From: an uncultured Clostridia bacterium
GTDB lineage: Bacteria > Bacillota > Clostridia > Christensenellales > CAG-917
Reading direction: 5' to 3'
DNA: 64,000 nt
NCBI GenBank assembly: GCA_934233745.1
Contig: CAKQGN010000001.1
Location: forward strand, 397,566 to 461,565
This document shows positions 1-9,630 of the stretch, one piece after another. The notes beneath the pieces were generated by a model, which worked only from the letters and a program-made list of their open reading frames with translations, did no database searches and was not told the DNA's origin. How positions within the stretch are numbered: the stretch's first letter is position 1; each line of letters begins with the position of its first letter. The translations under genes and the position numbers were made by a program.

Positions 1-444
1 GTCAGGGGAGTGTACGGAGAGGGAAGCGACGCGGCATACGATATGTATCAAATCTCCAACTCTCGCACTTTGGGAGTCGGCGAAGGAGAAATTATATCGC
101 ATGTGGAACAAGCCGTTGCTCGAATGTGCTACTGCGAGCGCGTTGCGCTTGAAAAACTTGTCAAGGAAAGACAAACCGAACTTCTGGACGGAATATCCAG
201 AAGCTACGCCGTGCTCAAAGGCGCATACGCCCTTACGGCGCAGGAACTTATGAAACTGCTTGTCGACGTAAAAATCGGCATAATTCTCGGGATTTTACCT
301 ATAAAATCCACAACCGTAACGGACGAAATGATATGGGCATGTTCGTCCTCGTCACTAAAAATAATTACAAACGGAAGCAGCGATGAAGACCGTGACAAGA
401 CGCGTGCCAAAATCGTGAGAGAACTTCTGTCGGAGGAAAAATGA
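1..444 (+). CDS. mcsB: protein arginine kinase McsB, C-terminal part (5' end lies outside the window)
   Basis: Frame 1 is open from base 1. The sequence ..YGEGS..YQISN..TLG.. plus a C-terminal ..DRDKTRAKIVRELL tail matches the end of McsB. The stop overlaps the clpC start (ATGA), the usual mcsB-clpC arrangement. Confidence 0.8.
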   Translation, partial: VRGVYGEGSDAAYDMYQISNSRTLGVGEGEIISHVEQAVARMCYCERVALEKLVKERQTELLDGISRSYAVLKGAYALTAQELMKLLVDVKIGIILGILPIKSTTVTDEMIWACSSSSLKIITNGSSDEDRDKTRAKIVRELLSEEK

Positions 445-3014
445 TAACCTACTCGTCAAATGCGCGACTTGTGCTTCAAAGAGCCGGCGAACTTGCCACC
501 CGCACGGGCGGACTTGTGTGTACCGAGCATATTTTATTCGGACTTCTGGACGTGGACGGCTCGGCGTCGCAAAGGCTTCTCAACGGCATTGGTGTGTACG
601 AAGATGACGTGATACGCGTTTTTTCGCCAATGCCCACACGTCCGAACGTGGAGATGTCCGCAAGAGCGTCGAGAGCGGTGCAAAACGCAAAAGAAGTTGC
701 AATTCGCCTTGGTTCGCAGGTTGTAGGCACCGAACATATTTTGTACACGATTCTGGACGAAACGTCCTCGGTTGCAAGCGAAATTCTGCGTTCTAAAGGG
801 GTTGATCCCGAGTATTTGCAACGTCTGACGTACAGCGCAATCGTTTCGAGCGGCGGCGGAAAGGCGACGATGTGCCTTGCAAACGGCGATGAGGAGAGCA
901 TAAACGACGTTTTGAGCGGTTATGTGTCCGACTTCTTCGGAGAAAGCGAGCAAAATGCGCTCAAAAACGGTGTAAACGCAATAAACGGCGCATTTGAAAA
1001 CAATGGAAAAACCGCAAACAACAGCGAGAATTATTACGAAAATTCGCTCAAAAAAGACGAGGATTTCGATTTGTCGAAGTTCGGTACGGACTTGACCAAA
1101 AAAGCACGCGACGGAAAACTCGATCCCGTCATAGGCAGAGGCAAGGAAACAGAAAGAGTCATTCAGGTGCTTTGCCGCAGGACGAAAAACAATCCCGTGC
1201 TTATCGGTGAGCCGGGCGTAGGCAAGAGTGCGGTTATAGACGGACTTGCCCAGCGTATCATAGCAGGCGACGTCCCCGACGCGCTCCGAGGAAAAATCGT
1301 TTTCTCTCTCGACCTTACGTCCCTTGTTGCAGGCACGAGATACAGAGGCGACTTTGAAGAAAGGCTCAAAGCAACGCTCAACGGCATAAAACAAAGAGGC
1401 AACGTGCTGTTGTTTATAGACGAGATTCACACCATTCTGAAAGCGGGTTCGAGCGAGGGCGGACTCGACATAGCCAACATTTTGAAACCTATGCTTGCAA
1501 GGGGAGAATTGCAGACGATAGGCGCGACGACGCTTGAAGAATATCGCAAGCAATTTGAGCAAGACAGCGCGTTAGAACGCCGTTTTCAACCTGTTTTGGT
1601 GGAAGAACCGAGCGTGAGCGATACGATTGAGATATTGCAGGGATTGAAGCCCAAATACGAAGCGCACCACGGCGTGACAATCACCGACGAGGCGATTTCG
1701 TCGGCGGCAATCCTCTCGGACAGATACGTTGCGGACAGATTTTTGCCCGACAAGGCAATAGACCTCATAGACGAGGCGGCGTCGAGAAAGAAGATTTTTT
1801 CATTTACCACTCCGAGCGAAATCAGAGATTTGGAAAACAAAATCAAGCAAGCCGACCTCGATTTGAGCGAGGCGAAACGCAGAGAAAATTTTGAGCTTTG
1901 CGGAAAATACAAAGCACTTCGCGACGACTATATCGAGCAAAAAGAAAAAGCGGAAATCGAGTGGAAAGAGAAGTGCAAAAACACCGATTTGTCGATAGGC
2001 GAGGACGAAATCGCAGAGGTTGTGGGCAACTGGACGGGTATACCCGTAAAGCGCATAACCGAGGGCGAGAGCGAAAAACTCGTCAATCTCGAAAAAGTAC
2101 TGCAATCGAGAGTCATCGGACAAGACGAGGCTTGCGCTGCCGTTGCAAAGGCGGTGAAAAGGGCAAGAGCGGGGTTGAAAGATCCCAAACGCCCGATAGG
2201 TTCGTTCATTTTCCTCGGCCCGACGGGCGTTGGCAAAACCGAACTTGCAAAGGCACTTGCAAGCGCGCTTTTCGGCGACGAAGATTTGCTTATTCGCGTG
2301 GATATGAGCGAGTATATGGAAAAGGACAGCGTGTCCCGCCTTATCGGCTCTGCACCGGGACTCGTCGGCTTCGAGGAGGGCGGACAGCTCACCGAAAAAG
2401 TGCGCAGAAAACCATATTCGGTGGTGCTTTTCGATGAAATCGAAAAAGGTCATCCCGATATCTTCAACATTCTTTTGCAAATTCTCGAAGACGGTATACT
2501 CACCGACAGCCACGGACGCACGGTAAGTTTCAAAAACACGGTGGTTATTCTCACATCGAATATAGGTGCAAAAGAGGCGGCAACCGTGCATAGAACGCTC
2601 GGATTTGCAAGCGAAAAAGCGTCGGACAACGAAAACGAAAGAGTGCGCCAAAGCCACATTCAAGCCCTAAAAGGCGCAATGAAACCCGAGATTATCAATC
2701 GTATAGACGAAATCGTGGTGTTCAAAAAACTCGACAAAGAAAGTTTGTTCAAGATTGCGGATCTGATGTTTGCATCCCTTGAAAAACGCCTCGAATCGCG
2801 TGAAATTTCGGCGCATATCACACAAAGCGCAAAAGATTATATCGTGAGCGAGGGCTATGACGCGGACTACGGCGCAAGACCTTTGCGCAGAACGCTCCAA
2901 CGTCTTGTAGAGGACAAGTTGAGTGAAAAACTTATACGATCGGAGATTGTTGCGGGCGACAAAATAAATATCGATTTCAAAGACAATCGACTTGTTTTCG
3001 AAAAGGAAAATTAA
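441..3014 (+). CDS. clpC: ATP-dependent Clp protease ATP-binding subunit ClpC
   Basis: 857 aa with an N-terminal Clp_N repeat and two AAA+ modules (Walker A GEPGVGKSA and GPTGVGKTE). A UVR-like coiled linker lies between them. Follows mcsB. Confidence 0.95.
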   Translation: MITYSSNARLVLQRAGELATRTGGLVCTEHILFGLLDVDGSASQRLLNGIGVYEDDVIRVFSPMPTRPNVEMSARASRAVQNAKEVAIRLGSQVVGTEHILYTILDETSSVASEILRSKGVDPEYLQRLTYSAIVSSGGGKATMCLANGDEESINDVLSGYVSDFFGESEQNALKNGVNAINGAFENNGKTANNSENYYENSLKKDEDFDLSKFGTDLTKKARDGKLDPVIGRGKETERVIQVLCRRTKNNPVLIGEPGVGKSAVIDGLAQRIIAGDVPDALRGKIVFSLDLTSLVAGTRYRGDFEERLKATLNGIKQRGNVLLFIDEIHTILKAGSSEGGLDIANILKPMLARGELQTIGATTLEEYRKQFEQDSALERRFQPVLVEEPSVSDTIEILQGLKPKYEAHHGVTITDEAISSAAILSDRYVADRFLPDKAIDLIDEAASRKKIFSFTTPSEIRDLENKIKQADLDLSEAKRRENFELCGKYKALRDDYIEQKEKAEIEWKEKCKNTDLSIGEDEIAEVVGNWTGIPVKRITEGESEKLVNLEKVLQSRVIGQDEACAAVAKAVKRARAGLKDPKRPIGSFIFLGPTGVGKTELAKALASALFGDEDLLIRVDMSEYMEKDSVSRLIGSAPGLVGFEEGGQLTEKVRRKPYSVVLFDEIEKGHPDIFNILLQILEDGILTDSHGRTVSFKNTVVILTSNIGAKEAATVHRTLGFASEKASDNENERVRQSHIQALKGAMKPEIINRIDEIVVFKKLDKESLFKIADLMFASLEKRLESREISAHITQSAKDYIVSEGYDADYGARPLRRTLQRLVEDKLSEKLIRSEIVAGDKINIDFKDNRLVFEKEN

Positions 3015-3029
3015 ATATAATTCAACCCC

Positions 3030-3058
3030 TTGAAATAATAAGCATTGTTTGTTATAAT
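3030..3058 (+). promoter_or_regulatory. sigma-A type promoter for hpf (TTGAAA-17 nt-TATAAT)
   Basis: TTGAAA at 3030-3035, a 17-nt spacer and TATAAT at 3053-3058, about 30 nt upstream of the hpf RBS. Confidence 0.6.
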
Positions 3059-3088
3059 GCAAGTATAAAGAACTTAGGAGGTTACTTT

Positions 3089-3436
3089 ATGAGAATCGAA
3101 ATATTCGGCAAGAATTACAATCCTAGTGATTCACTCAAGGCAATCACCGAGAAAAAGTGCGCAAAGCTCGACAGACGTTTCGATGACGACAACGTTGAAG
3201 TGAAGTTCACAGTCACCTATGAAAACGGCGACTACACCACGGATATGGTCGTTACGAGCAAAGGGCTGACTTATCGTGCAAGCGCAATGAGCGGCTCTCC
3301 GTTTGACAACCTCGACGAGGTTATTCCGAGATTGCTCGGACAGATGAGAAAGCAAAAAGACATTTGGGGCAAGGACAAAAAAGGCTCGCCCAACGTTTAC
3401 GAAGAAGAAGTCGTTGTAGAGGGCGAAGAAGAATAA
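3089..3436 (+). CDS. hpf: ribosome hibernation promoting factor / RaiA family, short form
   Basis: 115 aa. MRIEIFGKN..SLKAITEKKCAKLDRRF.. matches the sigma-54 modulation/S30EA fold. RBS AGGAGG. Confidence 0.85.
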   Translation: MRIEIFGKNYNPSDSLKAITEKKCAKLDRRFDDDNVEVKFTVTYENGDYTTDMVVTSKGLTYRASAMSGSPFDNLDEVIPRLLGQMRKQKDIWGKDKKGSPNVYEEEVVVEGEEE

Positions 3437-4216
3437 ATGAAAGTCGGCATTTCGACAGCAACATTTTTTTCAAAAGTATTGACCGAGGATTCGTTCTCGG
3501 TCATTCAACGCTGTGGGGGGGACACTTGCGAAGTGTTCCTCACCACTTTTTATGAATATTCGGACGCTTTTGCGAAACTCCTTGCCGAGCGCAAAGGCGA
3601 CTTTGACGTATACTCGGTTCATTCGCTCAACACTCAGTTTGAACCGCAACTTTTCAACAAAGTGCCGAGGACGTACGAGGATGCGGAAAGAATATTTCGC
3701 ATGGTACTCAACGTCGGCAAAACCATCGGCGCAAGAGCGTACACGTTTCACGCGCAGGCGAGGCTCAAACAAAGCGTGTACATCGATCCGAAATTCGTCG
3801 GCGAGCGTATGAGCAAATTGGGCGCAATCGCAAGCGAATACGGAATAAAACTCTGTCTTGAAAACGTGCATTGGGCAACTTTCGATTCACCCGAGTTTTT
3901 CAGGCAGATGAAACCGTATGCGCAGAATATAGGCACCGTTCTGGACATAAAGCAAGCAAGGCAATCGGGCTATGACTGGCGGGAGTATTTGGACGTTATG
4001 GGAAGCAGTGTTACAAACGTGCATGTGAGCGACGTCAAAGACGGCAAAATCGCTATGGTAGGCAAGGGAGATTTCCCTTTCAGAGAACTTGTGGCAAGGC
4101 TCAAAGACGTCGGTTATGACGGACCGCTCATCATCGAACAATATGCGGGAAATTACGATTCTTTTGACGAGGTTAAGGAATCGGTGGAATACCTTAAAAA
4201 CATTTTGGAGGCATAA
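3437..4216 (+). CDS. sugar phosphate isomerase/epimerase (xylose-isomerase-like TIM barrel)
   Basis: 259 aa with the family pattern ..YTFHA.., ..LCLENVH.., ..IIEQY.. . The start abuts the hpf stop. Confidence 0.7.
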   Translation: MKVGISTATFFSKVLTEDSFSVIQRCGGDTCEVFLTTFYEYSDAFAKLLAERKGDFDVYSVHSLNTQFEPQLFNKVPRTYEDAERIFRMVLNVGKTIGARAYTFHAQARLKQSVYIDPKFVGERMSKLGAIASEYGIKLCLENVHWATFDSPEFFRQMKPYAQNIGTVLDIKQARQSGYDWREYLDVMGSSVTNVHVSDVKDGKIAMVGKGDFPFRELVARLKDVGYDGPLIIEQYAGNYDSFDEVKESVEYLKNILEA

Positions 4217-4221
4217 AAGAT

Positions 4222-5616
4222 ATGCAAATCAAGTTTGATTTCAACAATATGATGGAATCTTCCATCGGCGAGCAAGGCATCACCGAAAAGGAGATAGAAT
4301 CCGTGCTTGACAAAGCCAAAGACAGTTATGCGTATTTTGAACAGAATCGCGGCACGGGCTGGATGGGCTGGGCGGAACTTCCTTACAATCAAGAGGATAT
4401 TGTGCGCGACATCATCTACACGGCGGCGGAAGTGAGAGCGCATTATGACAACTTTGTCGTACTCGGCATCGGCGGCAGCGCGCTCGGTCCTATGGCGGTG
4501 TTCAATGCGCTTTGCCATTTCAGATACAACGAGCTTGACGCCAAGAAACGCGGCGTAAAGTTTTATGTAGAGGACAACGTAGACCCCGAGCGCATGCTTG
4601 CGCTTTTGGATGTTATCGACGTCGAAAAAACGGTGTTCAACGTCATCACAAAGAGCGGCGCAACCTCCGAAACGATGAGCCAATACCTTATCATTACCGA
4701 CATTCTCAAAAAGAAATGCGGCAAGGATTGGGCAAAACATATCATCGCAACGACATCTCAGAGCAAGGGTAACCTCATCAAACTTGCAAAGAAAGAGGGC
4801 TTCAAAACCTACTATATCCCCGACGGCGTTGGCGGACGTTTCAGCGAGCTTTGCCCCGTGGGACTTCTTCCGGCGGCGGTGCTGGGCATTGACATAATCT
4901 CGCTTTTGAGAGGTGCGGCGGATATGGACAAGGCGTGCAATTCTTCCGACCCATACAAAAACCCCGCTCTTATGGCGGCAACGCTCCAATATATCGCAAT
5001 GGAGCAAAAGGGCAAAAACATCTCGGTTATGATGCCTTATGCGGACAGCCTTAAACTTATGGCGGACTGGTATTGCCAACTTTGGGGCGAGAGTTTGGGC
5101 AAGGCGGTTGACTTTGACGGCAACGTCGTTCACAAGGGACAAACCCCCGTCAAGTCGCTCGGCGTGACCGACCAACACTCGCAAGTGCAACTTTACACCG
5201 AAGGCCCGTTCGACAAAGTCGTGACTTTCATCGGCGTTAAGAAGTACAGAGGAGACGTGGTTATTGCAAACGGCGCGGAGGAATTTGCGGACGTAAACTT
5301 CCTTTGTGGACACACTATGGGTGAGCTTATCAACACCGAAAGAGAAGCCACCGAATATGCGCTTACTCGCTCCAAACATATGAATCGCACGATTATGCTT
5401 GACGAAGTAAACGCAAATACAATCGGTCAACTTCTGATGTTCTTCCAACTCGAAACCGCCTACTGCGGCAAGATGCTCAACATCGACACATTCAATCAAC
5501 CGGGCGTCGAAGAGGGCAAAAACGCAACCTTTGCCATGTTTGACAGAAAGGGCTACGAAAAGAAGAAAGAAGAACTCGAAAACGCGCCCAAGAAATTGAA
5601 CAAGTACATCATCTGA
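4222..5616 (+). CDS. pgi: glucose-6-phosphate isomerase
   Basis: 464 aa. Bacillus/Clostridium-type PGI motifs (LGIGGSALGP, GGRFSELCPVGLLPAA, TDQHSQVQLYTEGP). Confidence 0.9.
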   Translation: MQIKFDFNNMMESSIGEQGITEKEIESVLDKAKDSYAYFEQNRGTGWMGWAELPYNQEDIVRDIIYTAAEVRAHYDNFVVLGIGGSALGPMAVFNALCHFRYNELDAKKRGVKFYVEDNVDPERMLALLDVIDVEKTVFNVITKSGATSETMSQYLIITDILKKKCGKDWAKHIIATTSQSKGNLIKLAKKEGFKTYYIPDGVGGRFSELCPVGLLPAAVLGIDIISLLRGAADMDKACNSSDPYKNPALMAATLQYIAMEQKGKNISVMMPYADSLKLMADWYCQLWGESLGKAVDFDGNVVHKGQTPVKSLGVTDQHSQVQLYTEGPFDKVVTFIGVKKYRGDVVIANGAEEFADVNFLCGHTMGELINTEREATEYALTRSKHMNRTIMLDEVNANTIGQLLMFFQLETAYCGKMLNIDTFNQPGVEEGKNATFAMFDRKGYEKKKEELENAPKKLNKYII

Positions 5617-5617
5617 A

Positions 5618-6670
5618 ATGATAAAACTTGAGGGCGTAAGCAAACAGTATCTGTACGGAGCAAGGGTTTTTGCTCCGACGGATATGACAATAAAAGACGG
5701 TGAAATCGTCGCTCTGCTCGGTGACGAGTCGAGCGGCAAAACCACGTTTCTGAAAGTCGTTGCGGGCGTGACGGAATGCGAGGGGAAAGTGCTTTTCGAC
5801 GGTGAACCGCTTGCGAAAAAGCCCGACGACGTTGTGATGATTTTCGATGATCTGGCGTTGTTTGAAAACCGTTCTTGTTATTACAATCTTGCATATCCTC
5901 TCAAAATCAGAGGGGTTGACAAGGGCAAAACAGACGAGATCGTCAAGCATGCGGCGGATATCGTCGGTATAACCGCGTCGCTTTATTTCAAGGCGAAAAA
6001 ACTCGATTTGGCAGACAAAAAACGCCTTGCAATCGCAAGACTTTTCTTGCGCGATTTCAAGGTCGCGCTCGTCGATGACATCACGAGAGGACTTGACAAA
6101 GAGGACGCAAAAACCATTTGGAGCGAGGTTGCTCCCGTCTTGCAGGACTTTGCAAAAGAGGGTAAATGCGTGATTTTTGCAACGCGCGACAAGGACGAGG
6201 CAATCTCGATTGCGGATAGAATCGTCGTGACGCATTATCGTCAAATCAAGCAAATAGGCACATACGAACAGATATGCGAAAATCCGTCGAATATCTGGGC
6301 GGCGCAGGCGTTTGACGAGGATTATGCTTTTGAAAAAGCAAAACTTCAAAGCGTAAACGGCACACTTGTCGCAACCACCGAGGACGGCTTCGAGATAGAC
6401 CTTTCGCATCTGACAAACAGAGTGGTGCAGTCCTACATCGGCAAGAGCGTTTACGTTGGCTGGCATAGCGATTGCTATGACGTGCAAGGCGCGCGACAAG
6501 TCGAAGTAAGACACTCTTACAAAACGAATGACGGATATATTCTCGTCTGTGAAAATTGCAAAATCAAGAGCAGACTCAATCTTGCCCGAGTCGGAACGTT
6601 GCCTCTTTCGGGCAAGGCATTGGTCTTTGACGACACAAACGAAAATTCGATATTGTCTTACGGACAGTGA
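5618..6670 (+). CDS. ABC-type ATPase, MalK/UgpC-like with a C-terminal beta domain; catalytic motifs degenerate; no permease partner nearby
   Basis: Walker A pattern is kept (GDESSGKT). Q-loop Q->D (MIFDD), signature LSGGQ->LDLAD, Walker B DE->DD (LVDDI) and H-loop H->R (FATRD). Confidence 0.75.
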   Translation: MIKLEGVSKQYLYGARVFAPTDMTIKDGEIVALLGDESSGKTTFLKVVAGVTECEGKVLFDGEPLAKKPDDVVMIFDDLALFENRSCYYNLAYPLKIRGVDKGKTDEIVKHAADIVGITASLYFKAKKLDLADKKRLAIARLFLRDFKVALVDDITRGLDKEDAKTIWSEVAPVLQDFAKEGKCVIFATRDKDEAISIADRIVVTHYRQIKQIGTYEQICENPSNIWAAQAFDEDYAFEKAKLQSVNGTLVATTEDGFEIDLSHLTNRVVQSYIGKSVYVGWHSDCYDVQGARQVEVRHSYKTNDGYILVCENCKIKSRLNLARVGTLPLSGKALVFDDTNENSILSYGQ

Positions 6671-6683
6671 GATTGTTGCCGAC

Positions 6684-7047
6684 TATTCGAAGACGGAATT
6701 GGAGTCGCAAGGCGACGACCGTAGCGAGCGCCGAGCTTGACGGTTGTACCGTCCGACTGCGCCATGTTGTTGCGTAGCCGGCGCACAAAGGACGGTGGCA
6801 TAATAAGAGAAATGTCCCTATCTATGCGAGAGCCGAGTGTGTCCCCACGCGAAGCGGACGCCGTGGGTACCCTTTTAAGGGGGAACGGCGGTATGGGCGC
6901 GACGCGTTAAGCAACACATCCAGTGAATGTGTTGTAGCCAAAGCGAACGAGGCGGATTGCGGTGCGCAAACGCCGAAGTCCAAACACGTGAGGAAGGGGG
7001 GCATTGCAATTTAAAAGTGCACGGCGTTCACCTTTGTAGAGAAAGAA
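6684..7047 (+). repeat. structured interspersed element, copy 1 (long form with the optional domain)
   Basis: Shares the blocks GAGCGCCGAGCTTGACGG, GTGGCATAA, CTATCTATGCGAG.GCCGAGTGT, CCCACGCG.AGCGGACGCCGTGGG, GGGGGAACGGCGGTA, AAACACGTGAGGAAGGGGG and TTGTAGAGAAAGAA with five other copies. Confidence 0.85.
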
Positions 7048-7086
7048 CAAGCGGAATAATAACATTCATTTATTTTAGGAGCTGAA

Positions 7087-7584
7087 ATGATAATTTTGGG
7101 CATCGATCCCGGTCTTGCGACAATGGGATATGGCGTGATAAAATCAGAAAAGGGCAATTTCTCCGTAATAGATTACGGGGTTGTCACCACGCCAAAAGAC
7201 TGTACTTTGCCCGAGAGGTTGCTCCAACTCGAAGACGGCGTAAAGGAGCTTATCGACACCTACAAGCCCGACAAAGTGTCCATAGAGGAATTGTTCTTTT
7301 CAAAGAATATCACCACGGGAATACCCGTTGCCGAGGCGAGAGGAGTCATTTTGCTTACGGCGGTGAAGAGTCTTGGCAAGGAAGTGTACGAGTACACGCC
7401 AAACCAAATCAAACAGGCGGTCACGGGCTATGGCGGCGCAGATAAAATCCAAATGCAGCACATGATGCAGGTTTTATTGCGCTTAAAGAGCGTGCCTCGT
7501 CCCGACGATGCCGCCGATGCGCTTGCCGTGGCAATCTGCCACGCTCAAACAAGCAGGCTTGCGGGCAATTTCAAAGTACAATAA
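7087..7584 (+). CDS. ruvC: crossover junction endodeoxyribonuclease RuvC
   Basis: 165 aa. MIILGIDPG.. RNase-H-like fold with the C-terminal ..DAADALAVAICHA motif. Confidence 0.95.
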   Translation: MIILGIDPGLATMGYGVIKSEKGNFSVIDYGVVTTPKDCTLPERLLQLEDGVKELIDTYKPDKVSIEELFFSKNITTGIPVAEARGVILLTAVKSLGKEVYEYTPNQIKQAVTGYGGADKIQMQHMMQVLLRLKSVPRPDDAADALAVAICHAQTSRLAGNFKVQ

Positions 7585-7613
7585 ATCCAAGCACAATGCG
7601 ATAAAAGGTGAGT

Positions 7614-8198
7614 ATGTACAACTATATTCAAGGCAAAATCGTGGACAAAACGTTCACGTCAATCGTCGTTGACAACAACGGCATCGGCTATGAAATCGGC
7701 GTAAGCGGAAACACGCTTATGGACGTCGATATGGGCGAAATAGTCAAGATTTACACATATCTGTACGTCCGCGAGGACGAAATGTCACTGTACGGATTTT
7801 CGCGTTTAGACGAGAAAAAACTGTTTTTGCGCCTCATCGAAATCAGCGGTATAGGCCCGAAAATGGCAATGCAAATCCTCGGCGGTTACGACCTCAAAAC
7901 ACTCACCGTGGCAATCGCAAGCGGCGACAGCAAAACGCTTTGCAAAATCAAAGGTCTTGGCAAAAAAACCGCCGAACTCATCATTTTGAGTTTGCGTGAC
8001 CAAGTTGCCGATGACATCACAATCTTCAACGACCATCGGGACGCAATCACGGGAGAAGACATTGCAGACGCCGTATTTGCCCTCGAAAGCCTCGGAATTT
8101 CCAAAACCGAAGCCGTGCGCATGGCAACGGAGGCGAGCAAGACGTGCCACGGCACAGAGGAAATCATACGCACTTGCTTGCAAAAAATGAGCAAATAG
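7614..8198 (+). CDS. ruvA: Holliday junction DNA helicase subunit RuvA
   Basis: MYNYIQGKIV.. N-terminus and HhH motifs (ISGIGPKMA, IKGLGKKTAE). The ATG at 7614 is preferred over the GTG at 7608 because of RBS spacing. Confidence 0.93.
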   Translation: MYNYIQGKIVDKTFTSIVVDNNGIGYEIGVSGNTLMDVDMGEIVKIYTYLYVREDEMSLYGFSRLDEKKLFLRLIEISGIGPKMAMQILGGYDLKTLTVAIASGDSKTLCKIKGLGKKTAELIILSLRDQVADDITIFNDHRDAITGEDIADAVFALESLGISKTEAVRMATEASKTCHGTEEIIRTCLQKMSK

Positions 8199-8220
8199 CA
8201 CTATTTGGCATTTAGTGTGT

Positions 8221-8513
8221 TCTTATTAACGCAATGTGTTTATTCGGAGTGCGAGCCGCAAGGCGGCGAGAAAAGCGAGCGCCGAGCTTGATGGATAGTA
8301 CAAGCGACTGCGCCGTGTTGTTGCGTAGCTGGCGCACAAAGCGCAGTGGCATAACAAGGGGACGATACCTATTTATGTGAGTGCCGAGTGTTGCCCCACG
8401 CGGAGCGGACGCCGTGGGTTCCCTTTCAAGGGGGAACGGCGGTAGGGGAAACACGTGAGGAAGGGGGACATGGAATTTATAGTTCACGCCGCCCAACTCT
8501 TGTAGAGAAAGAA
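8221..8513 (+). repeat. structured interspersed element, copy 2 (short form)
   Basis: Same conserved blocks as copy 1 but lacks the 88-nt optional domain. Occupies most of the 388-bp ruvA-ruvB gap. Confidence 0.85.
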
Positions 8514-8586
8514 TCTACACTCATTCAAGGCGCACTAATACTCGGACTGCGCCTAACATCGCAAATAACCACCGAAAAGGTAAATC

Positions 8587-9624
8587 ATGATCAAATCACA
8601 ATTTACAAAAGAAAATCAGGACTTCGACGTCACAAATAGGGTGGTGAGTTCGCTCACCATCGATGACGACGAGCAAGAAAACAGCCTTCGTCCGCACAGC
8701 ATGGACGAGTACGTCGGGCAAGAGAAAATCAAGAAGAATCTTGAAGTGTTCATATCTGCCGCAAAGGCGAGGAACGACGCTCTCGACCACGTTTTGCTTT
8801 ACGGACCTCCTGGACTTGGCAAGACCACGCTTGCGCACGTCATTGCAAGCGAACTCGGCGCGCAGATACGAGTCACAAGCGGACCTGCCATCGAAAAAGC
8901 CGCAGACCTTGCGTCTTTGCTCACCAACCTTGAAAAAGGCGACGTGCTGTTTATTGACGAGATACACCGCCTCAACCGCAACATCGAAGAGGTGCTTTAT
9001 CCGGCAATGGAAGATTTTTCTCTCGACCTCGTAAACGGTACCGGCCCTATGGCAAGAAGTATTCGCATACCCCTCAAACGCTTTACGCTTATCGGCGCAA
9101 CGACGAGGGCGGGCATGCTGTCAAGCCCGTTGCGTGACCGTTTCGGCATGTCTTTGCGCCTTGAAATGTACTCGGACGAACAATTGAAGCGCATAGTTAT
9201 GCGTTCAAGCGGTATTTTGGGCATTGCAATCGAGGATTCCGCCGCTCTTGAAATCGCAAAGCGTTCTCGCGGTACGCCGCGTATCGCCAACAGGCTTTTG
9301 CGCCGTGTGCGCGATTTTGCCGAGTACGAAAAACTTGACGGCATAAACCTTGCCATCACACAAAAGGCACTTGCGCTTATGGATGTGGACGAACTCGGTC
9401 TTGACATCACCGATCGCACCGTATTGGAGGCAATCATCGATAAATTCGGCGGAGGTCCTGTCGGACTCGAAACTCTTGCCGCCGCAACGGGGGAGGAAGC
9501 AAGCACCATAGAGGACGTTGTCGAACCTTTCCTCATTCAACTGGGATTTATCGGCAGAACTCCAAGGGGCAGAGTTTGCACTCCCAATGCTTACGACCAT
9601 CTAAAACGTGAGTATAACAAATAG
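8587..9624 (+). CDS. ruvB: Holliday junction DNA helicase RuvB
   Basis: 345 aa with Walker [10 protein letters not shown], Walker B FIDEIH and a RuvB C-terminal winged helix. Confidence 0.97.
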   Translation: MIKSQFTKENQDFDVTNRVVSSLTIDDDEQENSLRPHSMDEYVGQEKIKKNLEVFISAAKARNDALDHVLLYGPPGLGKTTLAHVIASELGAQIRVTSGPAIEKAADLASLLTNLEKGDVLFIDEIHRLNRNIEEVLYPAMEDFSLDLVNGTGPMARSIRIPLKRFTLIGATTRAGMLSSPLRDRFGMSLRLEMYSDEQLKRIVMRSSGILGIAIEDSAALEIAKRSRGTPRIANRLLRRVRDFAEYEKLDGINLAITQKALALMDVDELGLDITDRTVLEAIIDKFGGGPVGLETLAAATGEEASTIEDVVEPFLIQLGFIGRTPRGRVCTPNAYDHLKREYNK

Positions 9625-9630
9625 TTTTTA

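Noticed and set aside
4153-5745. Very long antisense ORFs. These are 4153-5745 opposite pgi, 534-1562 and 1800-2663 opposite clpC, 29746-30804, 30829-31896 and 31863-33065 opposite ftsK/rimO, 48486-50279 opposite the EAL gene, and 62032-63873 opposite the DUF2357-like gene.
   Set aside because: Each lies fully inside a confidently recognised gene on the other strand. Their composition is odd (Phe/Val/Arg/Cys-rich) and they have no recognisable motifs. They are shadow ORFs of GA-rich coding strands.
6684-7047. The interspersed element might be a group II intron fragment or an RNase P-like RNA. Two copies begin with GTGCG, and the GAAGTCC/GAGGAA words recall RNase P.
   Set aside because: Only copies 2 and 4 have GTGCG, and the others start differently. 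No domain V-like 34-nt hairpin with a GNRA loop is present and no IEP/RT ORF is nearby. The size (~300 nt) and the six copies in one window do not fit RNase P. The resemblance is limited to short words.
8212-8496. ORFs on the opposite strand of the structured element appear to encode a conserved peptide (..EPTASAPRGATL...MPLRFVRQLR..AQSLVLS.KLGA.FSRRLAAR..). They occur at 8212-8496, 9591-9869, 50437-50676, 57743-58111 and 61575-61976.
   Set aside because: The apparent conservation simply reflects nucleotide identity. Copies differ by indels that shift the frame (copies 5 and 6 read in other frames). The variable regions change by paired compensatory substitutions that preserve helices, not amino acids. 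There is no RBS and no consistent start.
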